In this document: piece after piece, positions 26,210 to 36,575 of the stretch
How the letters are laid out: each line of letters starts with the position of its first letter
Numbering within the stretch: the stretch's first letter is position 1
DNA from: a virus
Lineage: Duplodnaviria; Caudoviricetes
IMG/VR virus record: IMGVR_UViG_3300028887_000085
Location: 32,001-96,000 of that record
Length of the DNA: 64,000 nucleotides
Strand: one strand, 5' to 3'
Notes under the pieces: generated by a model
What the model was told of the DNA's origin: nothing
Database searches by the model: none
Seen by the model: only the letters and a program-made list of their open reading frames with translations
Program-made: the position numbers and the translations under genes

Positions 26210-27241
26210 CTACTTTTTCTCAGAAAAATAGTCGTCGATCTGTTTGTGCGCTCCGTCACGGAGGTTGTCGCGCAGGTGGGTGTAGATGCCCATGGTGGTC
26301 GTCGCATTCTTGTGACCGAGCTGGGCTTGGGCGGCTATCACCGGAACGCCAGCCTCGTACATGGCGGTTGCGTAGTAGTGCCGGAGCTGGTGGCAGGTGA
26401 TATCATGGCCGATGGCGGTGCAATACTTCTGCCACCGGTAGATGAAGTTGCCTTTATTCATATAGTTTTTTCCGTCGGGGCCGGGGAATACCGGCCCCGA
26501 TTTTTTGTTTGGCAGGATCTTATTGAGGGCTTCCGGGTAATAGACTTCTCGGACACCAGCTTCGGTCTTCGGTTCCTTTACCTCCGGAAAGTTTGGAGTG
26601 AACTGAATGGCGCGGCGGACATAGATAATCCGGCTTTTCCGGTCGATATCTTCGTAGCGCAGCGCCAGGGCTTCGCCACGGCGCAATCCGGTGTAATAAA
26701 GGGTGAGGGCAAAAGGACCCATCTCTTCTCCCGCAGACGCAAGGACGGCGGCAAGAGCGGCATCCTTCGGGACGTCACGACGCTGTACGGACAATCCCTT
26801 CGGCAGTGATATCACGGCAGACGTATTTACGGGAAGAATACCTAACAGAACTGCCCGCTTACACACCATGCGGATCACGGTAAGGTGGAGCTGCACCGTG
26901 CGCTTGGAATACTTCCTGCGAGCCATGCGATTGAGGAAGTTTTGCAGCTCCAGCGGGGTCACTTCTTCTGCGGGTATATCACCCAGCTCTTCCTTCAGAC
27001 GGCGGCAGGGCGCGACATAAGATTCCGCCGTCTTGAAAGCGGACTCGGCATCGTGCTCCGCCTGCCAGGCGTCGATCAGACTGCCGAACGTCACCGGCTT
27101 CGGCTTCTTCAGCTCTTCGATCCGCCGGAACAGCTTCTCCGGGTCTTTGTCGCAGACCGTATGCCACTTTCCATCGGAGTCCTTATACTTCCCCTGATAC
27201 GATCCGTCTTTCCTCAGCGTGAAGAGTTTGGCGTAATTCAT
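26210..27241 (-). CDS. int: Tyrosine integrase
   Basis: YTGLRRGE, PKT, HQLRHYYAT, LGHKNATTTMGIYTH catalytic motifs. Confidence 0.95.
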   Translation of the reverse strand: MNYAKLFTLRKDGSYQGKYKDSDGKWHTVCDKDPEKLFRRIEELKKPKPVTFGSLIDAWQAEHDAESAFKTAESYVAPCRRLKEELGDIPAEEVTPLELQNFLNRMARRKYSKRTVQLHLTVIRMVCKRAVLLGILPVNTSAVISLPKGLSVQRRDVPKDAALAAVLASAGEEMGPFALTLYYTGLRRGEALALRYEDIDRKSRIIYVRRAIQFTPNFPEVKEPKTEAGVREVYYPEALNKILPNKKSGPVFPGPDGKNYMNKGNFIYRWQKYCTAIGHDITCHQLRHYYATAMYEAGVPVIAAQAQLGHKNATTTMGIYTHLRDNLRDGAHKQIDDYFSEKK

Positions 27242-27334
27242 CCGTTTCACCTCTCGTCGGTCGCAAATGCGTCTGTCCAATATATCGGACACCAGTATGT
27301 GCTATACTCAGTTTTAGAGTGAAAAATAAAGCGA

Positions 27335-27922
27335 TTACTCGGAATTAGACTGCTCCGATTTTCCACGCAATTCCGCCTGCAGCTTATCGTTTTTGGCAAT
27401 CAATTCGTTGATTTGTTTCCGCTGGTCCTGTATCCATTCGTCCTTTCGCTCCATGCGGGTGTCCTTTATGGCGATCTGCTCCTTACACAGTGCGATGGCA
27501 TCCTCATATTGGGCGCATATCCTGGCGTGATCTGCCTTGAGCTGGGCGATCTGGTCGCGCTGGACTTCGATCAGTTCTTCCTGCCGCTCGCAGACCTTCT
27601 CAAGTCCTTCTAGCCGGACCTGCGCGGTGATATTGTCGATCTCAGAAAAATCTTTGTCACCCAGCAACACCTTTTTGAGGGGACGGATCGTGCTGTCATA
27701 GTTAAATGTCTTGTTTTCACTTCCCTCCTTTAAGACACGACGGATGGAAGAATCAGACATAAATTCGCCGTTCTTTTCAAGAAGGATGAGGATTTGCTTT
27801 GGCTTCAGGCGGTTCGCTGCGGCAACTGCTTTGATTTCCAGAATGTCGCTTCGCATGTCATACTGCATCAAAAATATCAACTCCTGCTCACTCGTGACGG
27901 AATCTGACAGATTTTGAACCAT
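27335..27922 (-). CDS. Hypothetical coiled-coil protein of the lysogeny module
   Basis: AAGGAGG RBS; long heptad-like C-terminus. Confidence 0.75.
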   Translation of the reverse strand: MVQNLSDSVTSEQELIFLMQYDMRSDILEIKAVAAANRLKPKQILILLEKNGEFMSDSSIRRVLKEGSENKTFNYDSTIRPLKKVLLGDKDFSEIDNITAQVRLEGLEKVCERQEELIEVQRDQIAQLKADHARICAQYEDAIALCKEQIAIKDTRMERKDEWIQDQRKQINELIAKNDKLQAELRGKSEQSNSE

Positions 27923-28175
27923 GAAAAACCCTCCTTGGCGAAACATGGAAATTGAATGATGTAATGCAATCCGTTAATATCAGACCATGAACCCAAGGCA
28001 AGGTGGGAGCGGTACGATGCTTGGCGGCTAGGCCGCTCCCGCTTTTATTGAATAATCGACGCCATTGTAAAAAACTTGGCGGAAGAGCCTCCTTCCGACC
28101 ACAAACGACAAAACATTCGCATATAATGCGATCAGAGGGAGTGAAATGAAATGAATAACGATAAACTCAACAATC

Positions 28176-28862
28176 TCATTTCAGGTTTTGCAGCGCTTGA
28201 TATAGAACAGCAGAGTACATTGATACGCTGTCTGGGCTTAACTTGGATAGCTCATACAAACGGAGTGCCGCCTTTGCAGCTTCTGGAGGAAACTGAGATG
28301 CAAGCTCTTGCAGCCGCACAGCGGGACTAGCGTTGTCCGGACGGTCGAAGGCCAACTCATACGCGCCGATCAAATCATTAAGAGACTTCCCCAGCAGCGC
28401 GGCCATCTCTGTTATCTGGTCTTTTGACACCTGATATTTCCCGTCAAGAAACAGCTCTACTTCTTCTTCTGAAAGCCCCGTCTTTTCGTTGCTCAAATAA
28501 GCTGGAGCTTTTGCATTATTAGCCAAAGCATTTCTAAACTGATGACCAATTACTCTCCATTCTGCGGTTGTCAGCCCGTAGCGCCCGCTCCCTTCTTCGG
28601 GGGCGGGCGTTTTTGTTTCTTCACCCATGCTTGGGTAAATATCTGCAACCTGCTTTCCCAAATAAGCAGCAATCATTTGCAGACGATCAAGCGGCGGTCT
28701 TCTTACTCCGTTTGCCCATTTTCCGACCGAACCGTTTCCAAACCCAAGATCCGCTTCCATAAGAGTTATGGATTTCCCCATCCCATGAAGAATCCCCCTT
28801 ATTTTCAAGACACATTCTTTGTTTTCGGCCTGGATTGTTTCCTTGTCTTCCGGCTGCTTCAC
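28176..28862 (-). CDS. CI-like XRE-family repressor
   Basis: SITLMEADLGFGNGSVGKW...LDRLQMIAAYLG; divergent from the Cro-like gene. Confidence 0.8.
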   Translation of the reverse strand: MKQPEDKETIQAENKECVLKIRGILHGMGKSITLMEADLGFGNGSVGKWANGVRRPPLDRLQMIAAYLGKQVADIYPSMGEETKTPAPEEGSGRYGLTTAEWRVIGHQFRNALANNAKAPAYLSNEKTGLSEEEVELFLDGKYQVSKDQITEMAALLGKSLNDLIGAYELAFDRPDNASPAVRLQELASQFPPEAAKAALRLYELSKLSPDSVSMYSAVLYQALQNLK

Positions 28863-28875
28863 TGGAGCACCCCCA

Positions 28876-29038
28876 ATAGAAAATTTTTGGCAAACATAGA
28901 AACTTTCTATTGACAACCGGGATTTTCGCTAGTATACTAGCGCCATAGGGTAAACAAAACCCAAGCCCCCCTCTGACAGCGGGCCTCAATAGAAAATCTC
29001 TTGTTGTTTCGGCAAAGCAATCATAGAACATTTTCTAT
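28876..29038 (+). promoter_or_regulatory. Lysis/lysogeny switch: promoter and operators
   Basis: TTGACA 28910-28915, 17 nt, TATACT 28933-28938; ATAGAAACTTTCTAT 28896-28910, ATAGAACATTTTCTAT 29023-29038, half-matches at 28876 and 28989. Confidence 0.8.
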
Positions 29039-29096
29039 CCGCTGTCAAGAGGGATGGCGATATTCAATATGTCCCAACGGGAAAGGAGGTTATTAC

Positions 29097-29300
29097 TTGG
29101 ATCTTTACCGAATCAAGGAGCTTTGCCTGCGAAACGACCTGACGATTGCAGCGCTTGAAAAACAAACGGGGCTCAGCAACGGAACCATCAGCAAGTGGAA
29201 AGAGTGCAGCCCCCGTGCTGACAACCTCAAGTGCATAGCAGACTACTTCGGCGTGACAATGGACTATCTCATGACGGGGAGGGAGGAAGCAGATGCCTAG
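29097..29300 (+). CDS. Cro-like HTH protein
   Basis: TIAALEKQTGLSNGTISKW...IADYFGVTMDYL; AAGGAGG RBS, TTG start. Confidence 0.85.
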   Translation: MDLYRIKELCLRNDLTIAALEKQTGLSNGTISKWKECSPRADNLKCIADYFGVTMDYLMTGREEADA

Positions 29301-29487
29301 AGAGAATCCCGATTACCGGGACATCCTTGAGCGGCTGGACAAGGCGTTTCCCAACAAGGAAGTCCTGACAAAAACGGAGACGGCGGCGTGGCTGGGAATT
29401 AGCCTCAAGACGCTGAAGCGCCGGTACAGCCTGCCTCCCGGCTACAACAGCAAGGTCCAGGTCGCAAAGGCGGTGGCGAGCCGCTAA
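29293..29487 (+). CDS. Excisionase-like HTH protein
   Basis: VLTKTETAAWLGISLKTLKR. Confidence 0.65.
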   Translation: MPRENPDYRDILERLDKAFPNKEVLTKTETAAWLGISLKTLKRRYSLPPGYNSKVQVAKAVASR

Positions 29488-30587
29488 TGGGAGAAACCTA
29501 TTACAGCCGCGTTTATACTGACCGGCCCGAATACGCCGACTTTGATGCTCCTCATAAATTTCAGGCCATACAGGGTATTGTCGCCCGGAGACTCCGGGAA
29601 CACCCAAAGGCGATCTGCTCCTACAGCGGCGGGGCAGACAGCGACATCCTTCTTGACCTGATCGAGCGGACACGGACCATCTTCAAGCTGCCGCCGGTGA
29701 AGTATGTATTCTTCAATACGGGGCTGGAAATGCAGGCGACGAAGGACCACGTTGCGGCGACCTCAGAGAAATACGGCGTGGAAATCGAAACGGTGCGGCC
29801 AAAGGTCAACATCGTCCAGGCTTCCCGGAAGTACGGAATCCCATTTGTCAGCAAGATCATGAGCTATCAACTGGAAGAATGGCAGAAGAAGGACGTCCCC
29901 ATGACCATTGCCGACGAATACAACGCGGCGGAGGACAAGGAAGCAAAGCGGGCGGAGCTGAAGGAACGGTATCCAAAATGCGAAAGCCTCATCAACTTCA
30001 TCTGCTGCTGTAATTCCAAAGGAGAGCCCCGGCCCAACATCCAGCTCGTCATCAATTCCAGCCGGTTCATGCGGGACTTTATCATGGAGAATCCCCCGGA
30101 TTTCCGCATCAGCGCCCAGTGCTGCGACTACTGCAAGAAGCAGGTCGCCCATAGCGTCCAGAAAAATTACGACATGGTAATCACCGGAGAGCGCCGGGAC
30201 GAAGGCGGCATGAGAAGCGTTCCGCGAAAGGACAACACGACCATGTGCTTCACAGAGACCGGCGACGGGAAATTCCGGCTCCGCCCGCTCTTCTACGTCA
30301 GCGACGGAGACAAAGCCTGGTACAAAGAAGAATACGGCATCCGATATTCCGACGCCTACGAGGTCTACGGTCTCTCCAGGACGGGGTGCTGCGGATGCCC
30401 TATCAGCTACCGCGCCGTGGACGACCTGGAACTGATAGGGAAGTACGAACCCAACGTGGCGAAGGCCGCATGGAACATCTTCGGAGCGAGTTACCGTTAC
30501 CGGCAGAAATATGTCGCGTATAAGGCCGAGCGGGACCGGACAGAAAAGGAAGCAAAGAAGGAGGTCGAAGGGCAATTAGCATTTTAG
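29487..30587 (+). CDS. PAPS reductase family protein
   Basis: SYSGGADS PP-loop, FFNTGLE, CCDYCKK, RTGCCGCP. Confidence 0.85.
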   Translation: MGETYYSRVYTDRPEYADFDAPHKFQAIQGIVARRLREHPKAICSYSGGADSDILLDLIERTRTIFKLPPVKYVFFNTGLEMQATKDHVAATSEKYGVEIETVRPKVNIVQASRKYGIPFVSKIMSYQLEEWQKKDVPMTIADEYNAAEDKEAKRAELKERYPKCESLINFICCCNSKGEPRPNIQLVINSSRFMRDFIMENPPDFRISAQCCDYCKKQVAHSVQKNYDMVITGERRDEGGMRSVPRKDNTTMCFTETGDGKFRLRPLFYVSDGDKAWYKEEYGIRYSDAYEVYGLSRTGCCGCPISYRAVDDLELIGKYEPNVAKAAWNIFGASYRYRQKYVAYKAERDRTEKEAKKEVEGQLAF

Positions 30588-30690
30588 AAGAAATCGCCGT
30601 AGTCAAGCGGCGCATCCAGGCACTTCAGAAGGAGCTTGCAGATTTGGAAGCCTGTTTAGACGAAGACGAACAGGATGGAGACGACCGCTC

Positions 30691-31269
30691 ATGAGTGCTT
30701 TGATCCCCTTCACCCAAGAGGAACTGGCGGAACTGGCGGAGTTCGACGCGGAGATAGAAAACCAGCACGACTACGACCCGTCTGAAGTAGAAGCCGCACG
30801 CCTCCGCGACCAAAGCATACTCGATGAACGAGCCGAACCGAAGCGCCTGCGGAAGCGGAAAGCGGACAGGGAATACTACCGAAAGAACAAAGAGCGCATC
30901 AACGCACGAAACCGCGAGTATGCCGCCGCCCACGCGGATGAAATCAAGGCGTACAGGCAGCGATACTTCTCCGAACACAAGCCGAACATTATGGAGCGCC
31001 GGAAAGCCTACACAGACGCCAACCGGGAATCCATCGCGGAGTATCAGAGAAGCTACCATCTGCTTCATAAGGACGAGCACAACGCCTACTCCAAACAGTA
31101 TCTCACATACCACAGGGAGGAAAACAAGGCGAGAAGCGCGGAATGGCGGAAAGCGAACCCGGAGCGTAGCAGGGAAATCAAACGTGCCTGGTGGGACAAG
31201 CACAAGGACGAGATCAATGCCAAGCGGCGCGAGAAATACGCGGCGAAGAAATTGGAGGCGACAGCATGA
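30691..31269 (+). CDS. Basic repetitive helical protein
   Basis: Repeated Y-x-x-x-N/H-K/R-E-x-I units. Confidence 0.7.
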   Translation: MSALIPFTQEELAELAEFDAEIENQHDYDPSEVEAARLRDQSILDERAEPKRLRKRKADREYYRKNKERINARNREYAAAHADEIKAYRQRYFSEHKPNIMERRKAYTDANRESIAEYQRSYHLLHKDEHNAYSKQYLTYHREENKARSAEWRKANPERSREIKRAWWDKHKDEINAKRREKYAAKKLEATA

Positions 31270-31475
31270 GCGACAAGCAGAGAATCCTCAAGCACCTTCA
31301 GGAAAAGGGAAGCATCACCCCGATGGAAGCGCTGGAGCAATACGGGTGCTACCGGCTGGGGGCCAGAGTGTTCGACCTCCGGCGCGACGGCTATGAGATT
31401 AGCACCACCATCGTCGAGGGAACGGACCGCAACGGCGAACCCATGAAGTACGCCAAATACAGCATGGAAAAATGA
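31266..31475 (+). CDS. Winged HTH protein
   Basis: RILKHLQEKGSITPMEA..YGCYRLGARVFDLR. Confidence 0.8.
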   Translation: MSDKQRILKHLQEKGSITPMEALEQYGCYRLGARVFDLRRDGYEISTTIVEGTDRNGEPMKYAKYSMEK

Positions 31476-31568
31476 AAAGCCGCCCGGATGTTGGCGCATC
31501 CGGAGCGGCTGGGGCGAGAAGGTTTGTGAAGCTATCTCGTCTCCTAGAATAACACAGCCAGAAGGGAA

Positions 31569-32315
31569 ATGCAAACCATGCTTAAAAGAATCACATTCCT
31601 GGACCGTGAGAGCTGGCTGGAAGGGCGGCAGCGGCAGGGGATCGGCGCGAGCGAAGCCGCCGCCATATGCGGATTTTCCCAATGGCAGACGAGGACCGAA
31701 CTTTGGGAAATCAAAACCGGACGCCGGGCGCGGAAGGATATCAGCGACAAGGACTATGTGGGGCGCGGACACCTCATGGAGGGCGCGGTGCGGGACTTCT
31801 ACGCCGCCCTGCACCCTGAGCACGAGATCGATCACCACCCCTACGACATCCTCTTCCAAGCCGAAAGACCGTGGCTGTTTGCGACGCTGGACGGAGAGAT
31901 CAAGGAAACCGGATTCAAGAACCCTCCGGAAGGAACCAGACGCATTGAAATTCCCGCAGGCGGGGTGCCGGTTGAAGTTCCGAGGGGAGACACGAAGATC
32001 CCCTTTATCCGCCACGGAATCCTTGAGATCAAGACTTCCGCACCGAACAACAAGGCGGCATGGGCGGAATGGGACGGAAGGATACCGGACGCCTACTACT
32101 GTCAATGCTGCCACCAGCTCCTTGCTACCGGCTGGGATTTCGTGGTCCTTCAGCCCGCTCTATGGCACCACAACGGGGACATCACCCTCAAGGACGCCTA
32201 TGTGATCGAGCGCAGCGAGCACGAAGCGGACATCGCATGGGTGCTGGAGCAGGAAACCGAGTTTTGGGACAGCGTACAGACCGGGAAGAGACCCGGCGTA
32301 CCGATCAGATTTTGA
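31569..32315 (+). CDS. YqaJ-like exonuclease
   Basis: WLEGRQRQGIGASEAAAI, ATLDG, LEIKT, YYCQ. Confidence 0.9.
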   Translation: MQTMLKRITFLDRESWLEGRQRQGIGASEAAAICGFSQWQTRTELWEIKTGRRARKDISDKDYVGRGHLMEGAVRDFYAALHPEHEIDHHPYDILFQAERPWLFATLDGEIKETGFKNPPEGTRRIEIPAGGVPVEVPRGDTKIPFIRHGILEIKTSAPNNKAAWAEWDGRIPDAYYCQCCHQLLATGWDFVVLQPALWHHNGDITLKDAYVIERSEHEADIAWVLEQETEFWDSVQTGKRPGVPIRF

Positions 32316-32329
32316 AAGGAGACACAACA

Positions 32330-32566
32330 ATGGGCACCAAATTTTATGAAGTTGTTTATAAGCAGGGCGAGATCGGTTGGAGCGGGAGACCCTACACCTA
32401 TAAGTCCGAGTTGGAACTGAGCCTCAAGCAGAAGGTCTACGCCCCCACCTACAAGAACCCCCGGCAGGAGGCGATGGTCGTCGCCGTGAACTGCCCCGAT
32501 CCCGGCTTTGCCTGCAAGGAGATCACCGAGATCATGGCGGAGGCGGAAGACGATGCCCGATCTTGA
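32330..32566 (+). CDS. Hypothetical protein
   Basis: AAGGAG RBS; GRPYTY motif. Confidence 0.65.
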   Translation: MGTKFYEVVYKQGEIGWSGRPYTYKSELELSLKQKVYAPTYKNPRQEAMVVAVNCPDPGFACKEITEIMAEAEDDARS

Positions 32567-33482
32567 ATTCAAGCTGACCACAGATCTTGCGCCGGTCAAA
32601 AGGATGACCCTGGACGCGAACTTCGCGGAAGTGGAAGCACAGCTCAAAGAGCTGATGTCCCCTTACGAAAAGCTCGTTCTTCGGGAGGAGGACATCGCCG
32701 AAGGGAAGAATCTGCTGGCGAGAATCCGAAAGGTGAAATCGTCCGTTGACGAATACCGCAAGAGCGTCAAGCGCGACTTCACCGCGCCGCTGACCGCCTT
32801 TGAAGAGAAGTGCAAGGCGCTGACCGCCGTCTGCTACGAGAGCGAGACCAACCTCTCCGAGCAGATCAACAAATTCACCGAGCAGCGCAAGGCGGAGAAG
32901 CTGGCAGCGCTCCGGGAATACTTCGATACCCACGTCTCCGAAATGGCGGATTTCCTCACCTATGAGCAGATCGAAAACCCCAAGTGGGGCAACGTCACAT
33001 TTACAGCCGAAGCGGCGCAGAAGGAGATCGAACAGGCGATTGATATGTGCGCCGACGGCGTGAGCGCCATCCGTGGAATGAACAGCGAATTCGAGGCTAC
33101 CCTGCTGGACCGCTACGCCAAGACGCACGATCTCGCCGGGGTGATGAAGCTCAACGGGGAACTGGCGGAAAGAAAGCGCCGGGAGGAAGAGCGGAAGGAA
33201 GCCCAGCGCAAGGCGGAAGAGGAAGCGCGGGAAAGAGCGGAAGCCGCACGGAAAGCCGCCGAAGAGGAACGGGCGCGGCAGGCGGAGGAAATGCGCAGGC
33301 AGATGGCCGCGATGCCCCGCGAGCCGGAGCCTCCCAAGGCAGAGCCTGAACCGGAGAAGCCGGAGACGCCCAAGGAGGAAACGCGATACAGCATCACCTT
33401 CCGCGTGGACGCCACCCGCAAACAGCTTTTGGAGCTGAAGGAAGCCTGCGACCGCATCGGCATCAGGATCATGAGGGTCTGA
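32553..33482 (+). CDS. DUF1351 family protein
   Basis: NFAEVEAQL...RKSVKRDFTAPLTAFE...NPKWGN; YqaJ-RecT context. Confidence 0.8.
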   Translation: MPDLEFKLTTDLAPVKRMTLDANFAEVEAQLKELMSPYEKLVLREEDIAEGKNLLARIRKVKSSVDEYRKSVKRDFTAPLTAFEEKCKALTAVCYESETNLSEQINKFTEQRKAEKLAALREYFDTHVSEMADFLTYEQIENPKWGNVTFTAEAAQKEIEQAIDMCADGVSAIRGMNSEFEATLLDRYAKTHDLAGVMKLNGELAERKRREEERKEAQRKAEEEARERAEAARKAAEEERARQAEEMRRQMAAMPREPEPPKAEPEPEKPETPKEETRYSITFRVDATRKQLLELKEACDRIGIRIMRV

Positions 33483-33484
33483 CC

Positions 33485-33688
33485 GTGGCGGCGGCGAAAA
33501 AGAAGACGGAACTCACCCTGCCGGAGAAGGGCTTGCGCTTTGAAGTCAGAAACGCCAACGGAGCGGTCATGGCGCAGACGGATTACCCGTCGTGCTACCC
33601 CGACCGCGCCAGACGGGACGAACTGCGCAAGGCCGGTTACAAGCTCTATCTCGGCGGCAAGGTTTTCCGGGAGGAGAAGAAGAAATGA
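33485..33688 (+). CDS. Hypothetical protein
   Basis: 67 aa, operon packing. Confidence 0.6.
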   Translation: MAAAKKKTELTLPEKGLRFEVRNANGAVMAQTDYPSCYPDRARRDELRKAGYKLYLGGKVFREEKKK

Positions 33689-34128
33689 TCTGGATTGGGA
33701 TTGACCCCGGCGCGAAGGGGGCAATGGCGCTCTTGGGCGTCAAGGACGGACCGGAGATTATCCCCTTCGACCAGCAGAAATACATCGACCGGTTGTGGAT
33801 GTATCAGATCGAAGGCTTCGACATGATCTGCTGCATCGAGGCAGTCCACAGCATCAGCGGGCAAGGCATCGCCTCCAGCTTCAAATTCGGAACCGCTTAC
33901 GGCTGGCTGCTGGGGATGCTGGACTCTATCGGCATCCCTTACCAGCCCATCACCCCGCAGAAGTGGAAGAAGGAGTTTGGCCTCAACTCCGACAAGGCGG
34001 CGTCGGTCGAAGTGTGCAAGAGGCTTTACCCAAACGTGAGTCTTCTGCGGACGGAGCGAAGCAGGAAGGAAGACGACGGGATGGCGGAGGCTTTACTTAT
34101 GGCTACCTACGCCTATCGGAAATTTTAG
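33685..34128 (+). CDS. RuvC-like Holliday junction resolvase
   Basis: IGIDPG, IE, FKFG, PQKWKK, DGMAEALL. Confidence 0.9.
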   Translation: MIWIGIDPGAKGAMALLGVKDGPEIIPFDQQKYIDRLWMYQIEGFDMICCIEAVHSISGQGIASSFKFGTAYGWLLGMLDSIGIPYQPITPQKWKKEFGLNSDKAASVEVCKRLYPNVSLLRTERSRKEDDGMAEALLMATYAYRKF

Positions 34129-34143
34129 AAAGGGTGCTGGGAA

Positions 34144-34491
34144 ATGGCAAGCTCAAATAGCAAATTCACGCCGGACGAGCTGGAGAGCATCTTCATCTGG
34201 GATCTGCTCTGCGAAGCCATACCTCTGACGGCGGAGGAACGGCGGGATATCCGCGAGCGCGACACCTATGCGTCCACCGGGAATGTTTCGACGGCCCGCG
34301 TCAAAAAGCCATTGACCGAAGAACAGCGCAAGGCGAAGAACGAAGCCAAGCGCCGCTGGCGGGAAGAGCACAAGGAGCAGATCGCCGCTTACCGGGAAGC
34401 CCACCGGCAGGAGATCAGAGAGAGGCAGAGGGCTTATGACCAGGCAAAAAGCAAGAGCAAACGAACCCAAGTCCAACAGACGCAGCCGTGA
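34144..34491 (+). CDS. Hypothetical basic protein
   Basis: 115 aa; same repeat style as 30691-31269. Confidence 0.6.
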   Translation: MASSNSKFTPDELESIFIWDLLCEAIPLTAEERRDIRERDTYASTGNVSTARVKKPLTEEQRKAKNEAKRRWREEHKEQIAAYREAHRQEIRERQRAYDQAKSKSKRTQVQQTQP

Positions 34492-34993
34492 AGAAGCGGA
34501 ACTGCTTTTCCGGGAAAATATGCGGCTCGTTTACTTCGTCGCCAACAACATGGATATCACCGTCAGCGACGACGTGATCCAGGACGGGTACATGGGCCTC
34601 TGGAAAGCGGCGCTCAAGTACGACCCGGAAAAGGCGCAGAGCTTCGCTACCTATGCCGTTCCAGCCATCAGAAACAGCATCGCCTATGCCCGCAGGGCAT
34701 CATTGCGGAACCTGCAGCCGGAGATATCCCTCAATCAGCAAATCGACGGAGACGACGCCCGGATGCTGATGGATACCGTGCCGGACGAAAAATGGGACCA
34801 TCCCGTGAAAAACACGGAATTCCGCCTGTTTATCGACAAGGTGCTTACCGCCGAGGAAAAGCGCATCGCCCTCATGCGGGCAGACGGAGCCAGCCAGCGG
34901 GCAATCGGCGCGGTCTTCGGGCGCTCGGACGCCTGGGTGATCGAGCGGCTGAATCGGATCAAAATGAAATTAAAACGCGAAACGAAAGGATGA
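34436..34993 (+). CDS. Sigma-70 family sigma factor (second phage sigma)
   Basis: NMRLVYFVA, DVIQDGYMGLWKAALKYDP, SFATYAVPAIRN, region-4 SQRAIGAVFG. Confidence 0.85.
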   Translation: MTRQKARANEPKSNRRSREEAELLFRENMRLVYFVANNMDITVSDDVIQDGYMGLWKAALKYDPEKAQSFATYAVPAIRNSIAYARRASLRNLQPEISLNQQIDGDDARMLMDTVPDEKWDHPVKNTEFRLFIDKVLTAEEKRIALMRADGASQRAIGAVFGRSDAWVIERLNRIKMKLKRETKG

Positions 34994-36063
34994 TAATTTT
35001 GGCAAGACTCAATAATTCCCTCGCTCCCAGCGGAGCGGGAGCCATCACGAATGCAGACGATAAATTCAGCGTGGCGATCCGTAAAGACTATTTGCAAGAT
35101 ATGATCCACAAGGCTACGCCGGACGCGCAGAGCGCGGCCAGACTCACCGGCAGCCTGATTTCCCTCGTGGCCTCCAACACGGAGCTCCAGAAGTGCAGCC
35201 CCGCCTCCATCGTGGCGGCTGCGCTGCGGGGCGAAGGTCTCGGCCTCATGCTGGGCTTCGGCTATTACGTCGTGCCCTACGCCGGTACTGCCCAGTTTCA
35301 GCTTGGCTACAAGGGTCTCATAGCGATGGCGATGGCGGGCGGCGACGTAGCGGACATGGACTGCGTGGAGGTCAGGGAAGGTGAATACGTGGGGCGCAAC
35401 CGCAGGACCAAGCGCCCGGAATTCGACTTCTCCCTTTACCAGACTGACGCGGAGGCGGAGCAGCACCCGGTCATCGGCTATTACGCCTACATCGAAAAGC
35501 GGGACGGCTTCTTCCGGTCTGAGTACATGTCTATCGGCGCGATCATGGACCACGCGGAGCAATACAGCAAGACCTTCGACCGGGCGAAATACCGCCAGCT
35601 CATCAGCGGCGAAATGAGCCCCGAAGACGCCGAGCGGCTGAAGAAGAAGTCCCCGTGGTACAGCGCCACAGAGACCATGATGAAAAAGACGGTGATCCGC
35701 CGTCTGCTGAACAGCGGCTATGTCCAGCTCCGCACCATCGGAGAGATCAAGAGCGTTGTGGAAGCGGAGGACACCGCCATCAGCGACGCGGAAGCCATCG
35801 CCACCTTCGACGTTATGGACGTGGACCCCAGCACCGGGGAAATCCTCAGCCAGTCCACCCAGGTGGCCCCTGAAGCCGCAGAGAGCGCAGAAAAGGCGGA
35901 AGCTGTCCCGGCACCTGCCAAAGAGAAATCTGCGACACGCGGCGGCAGGAAAGCGCAGGAGAACAAAAACGAGCCGAAGGACGTGGAATACACCGAGGTC
36001 AAGCCCGTGACGATCACGGCAGACGACGAAGACGCGGCGCTTTCCGGCTTTTTCTCCGACTGA
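34990..36063 (+). CDS. recT: RecT-like recombinase
   Basis: LQKCSPASI, YVVPY, AQFQLGYKGLI, PW..MMKKTVIRRLL. Confidence 0.9.
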   Translation: MIILARLNNSLAPSGAGAITNADDKFSVAIRKDYLQDMIHKATPDAQSAARLTGSLISLVASNTELQKCSPASIVAAALRGEGLGLMLGFGYYVVPYAGTAQFQLGYKGLIAMAMAGGDVADMDCVEVREGEYVGRNRRTKRPEFDFSLYQTDAEAEQHPVIGYYAYIEKRDGFFRSEYMSIGAIMDHAEQYSKTFDRAKYRQLISGEMSPEDAERLKKKSPWYSATETMMKKTVIRRLLNSGYVQLRTIGEIKSVVEAEDTAISDAEAIATFDVMDVDPSTGEILSQSTQVAPEAAESAEKAEAVPAPAKEKSATRGGRKAQENKNEPKDVEYTEVKPVTITADDEDAALSGFFSD

Positions 36064-36092
36064 CGAAACCGTGACAGACAGGAGGCGAAATT

Positions 36093-36575
36093 GTGGGCGG
36101 ACAGTTTAAGACGCTGGACAAGGACGCGACGCAGGGTGATCCCCGCGACCCGAAAACAAGAAAAGTTTTCGACGCTATGACCTGGGGAGAAATCTCCAAG
36201 GGACCGGATTTCGGCGTCCGCACAAAGGACGGCACGGAGAGGATCACCTTCGGCATTCGATGGAGAAAGCACGTCTTTTGCAACTGCATCGTGCTGCGCA
36301 AGGACGCACCCTACGCTTACGAGATCGCCTCTCGTCTCCACATCGGAGACCCGGTTGCGGTCATCGGGCGTATGCGAGAGTACAGCTATACACCGCAAAA
36401 GGGGAGAAACGCAGGGAAGACAGTGAGCGGGCAGGACATGCGGGTGCATTCGATCTTCCCGCTCCGGATGCTGGCCTCGTTTACAGCCATGATGGACAGC
36501 GGAGAAGCGCCGGACCTCATGGAATCCATTGCGGATTTCAACCCGGATATCGAAGTGGAGGAACCGGAATGGTGA
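36093..36575 (+). CDS. SSB-like OB-fold protein
   Basis: RLHIGDPVAVIGRMREYSY; acidic tail. Confidence 0.55.
   Translation: MGGQFKTLDKDATQGDPRDPKTRKVFDAMTWGEISKGPDFGVRTKDGTERITFGIRWRKHVFCNCIVLRKDAPYAYEIASRLHIGDPVAVIGRMREYSYTPQKGRNAGKTVSGQDMRVHSIFPLRMLASFTAMMDSGEAPDLMESIADFNPDIEVEEPEW

Noticed and set aside
25754-26809. 351-aa plus-strand ORF
   Set aside because: Spans the attP repeats and is antisense to the integrase; no recognisable protein features
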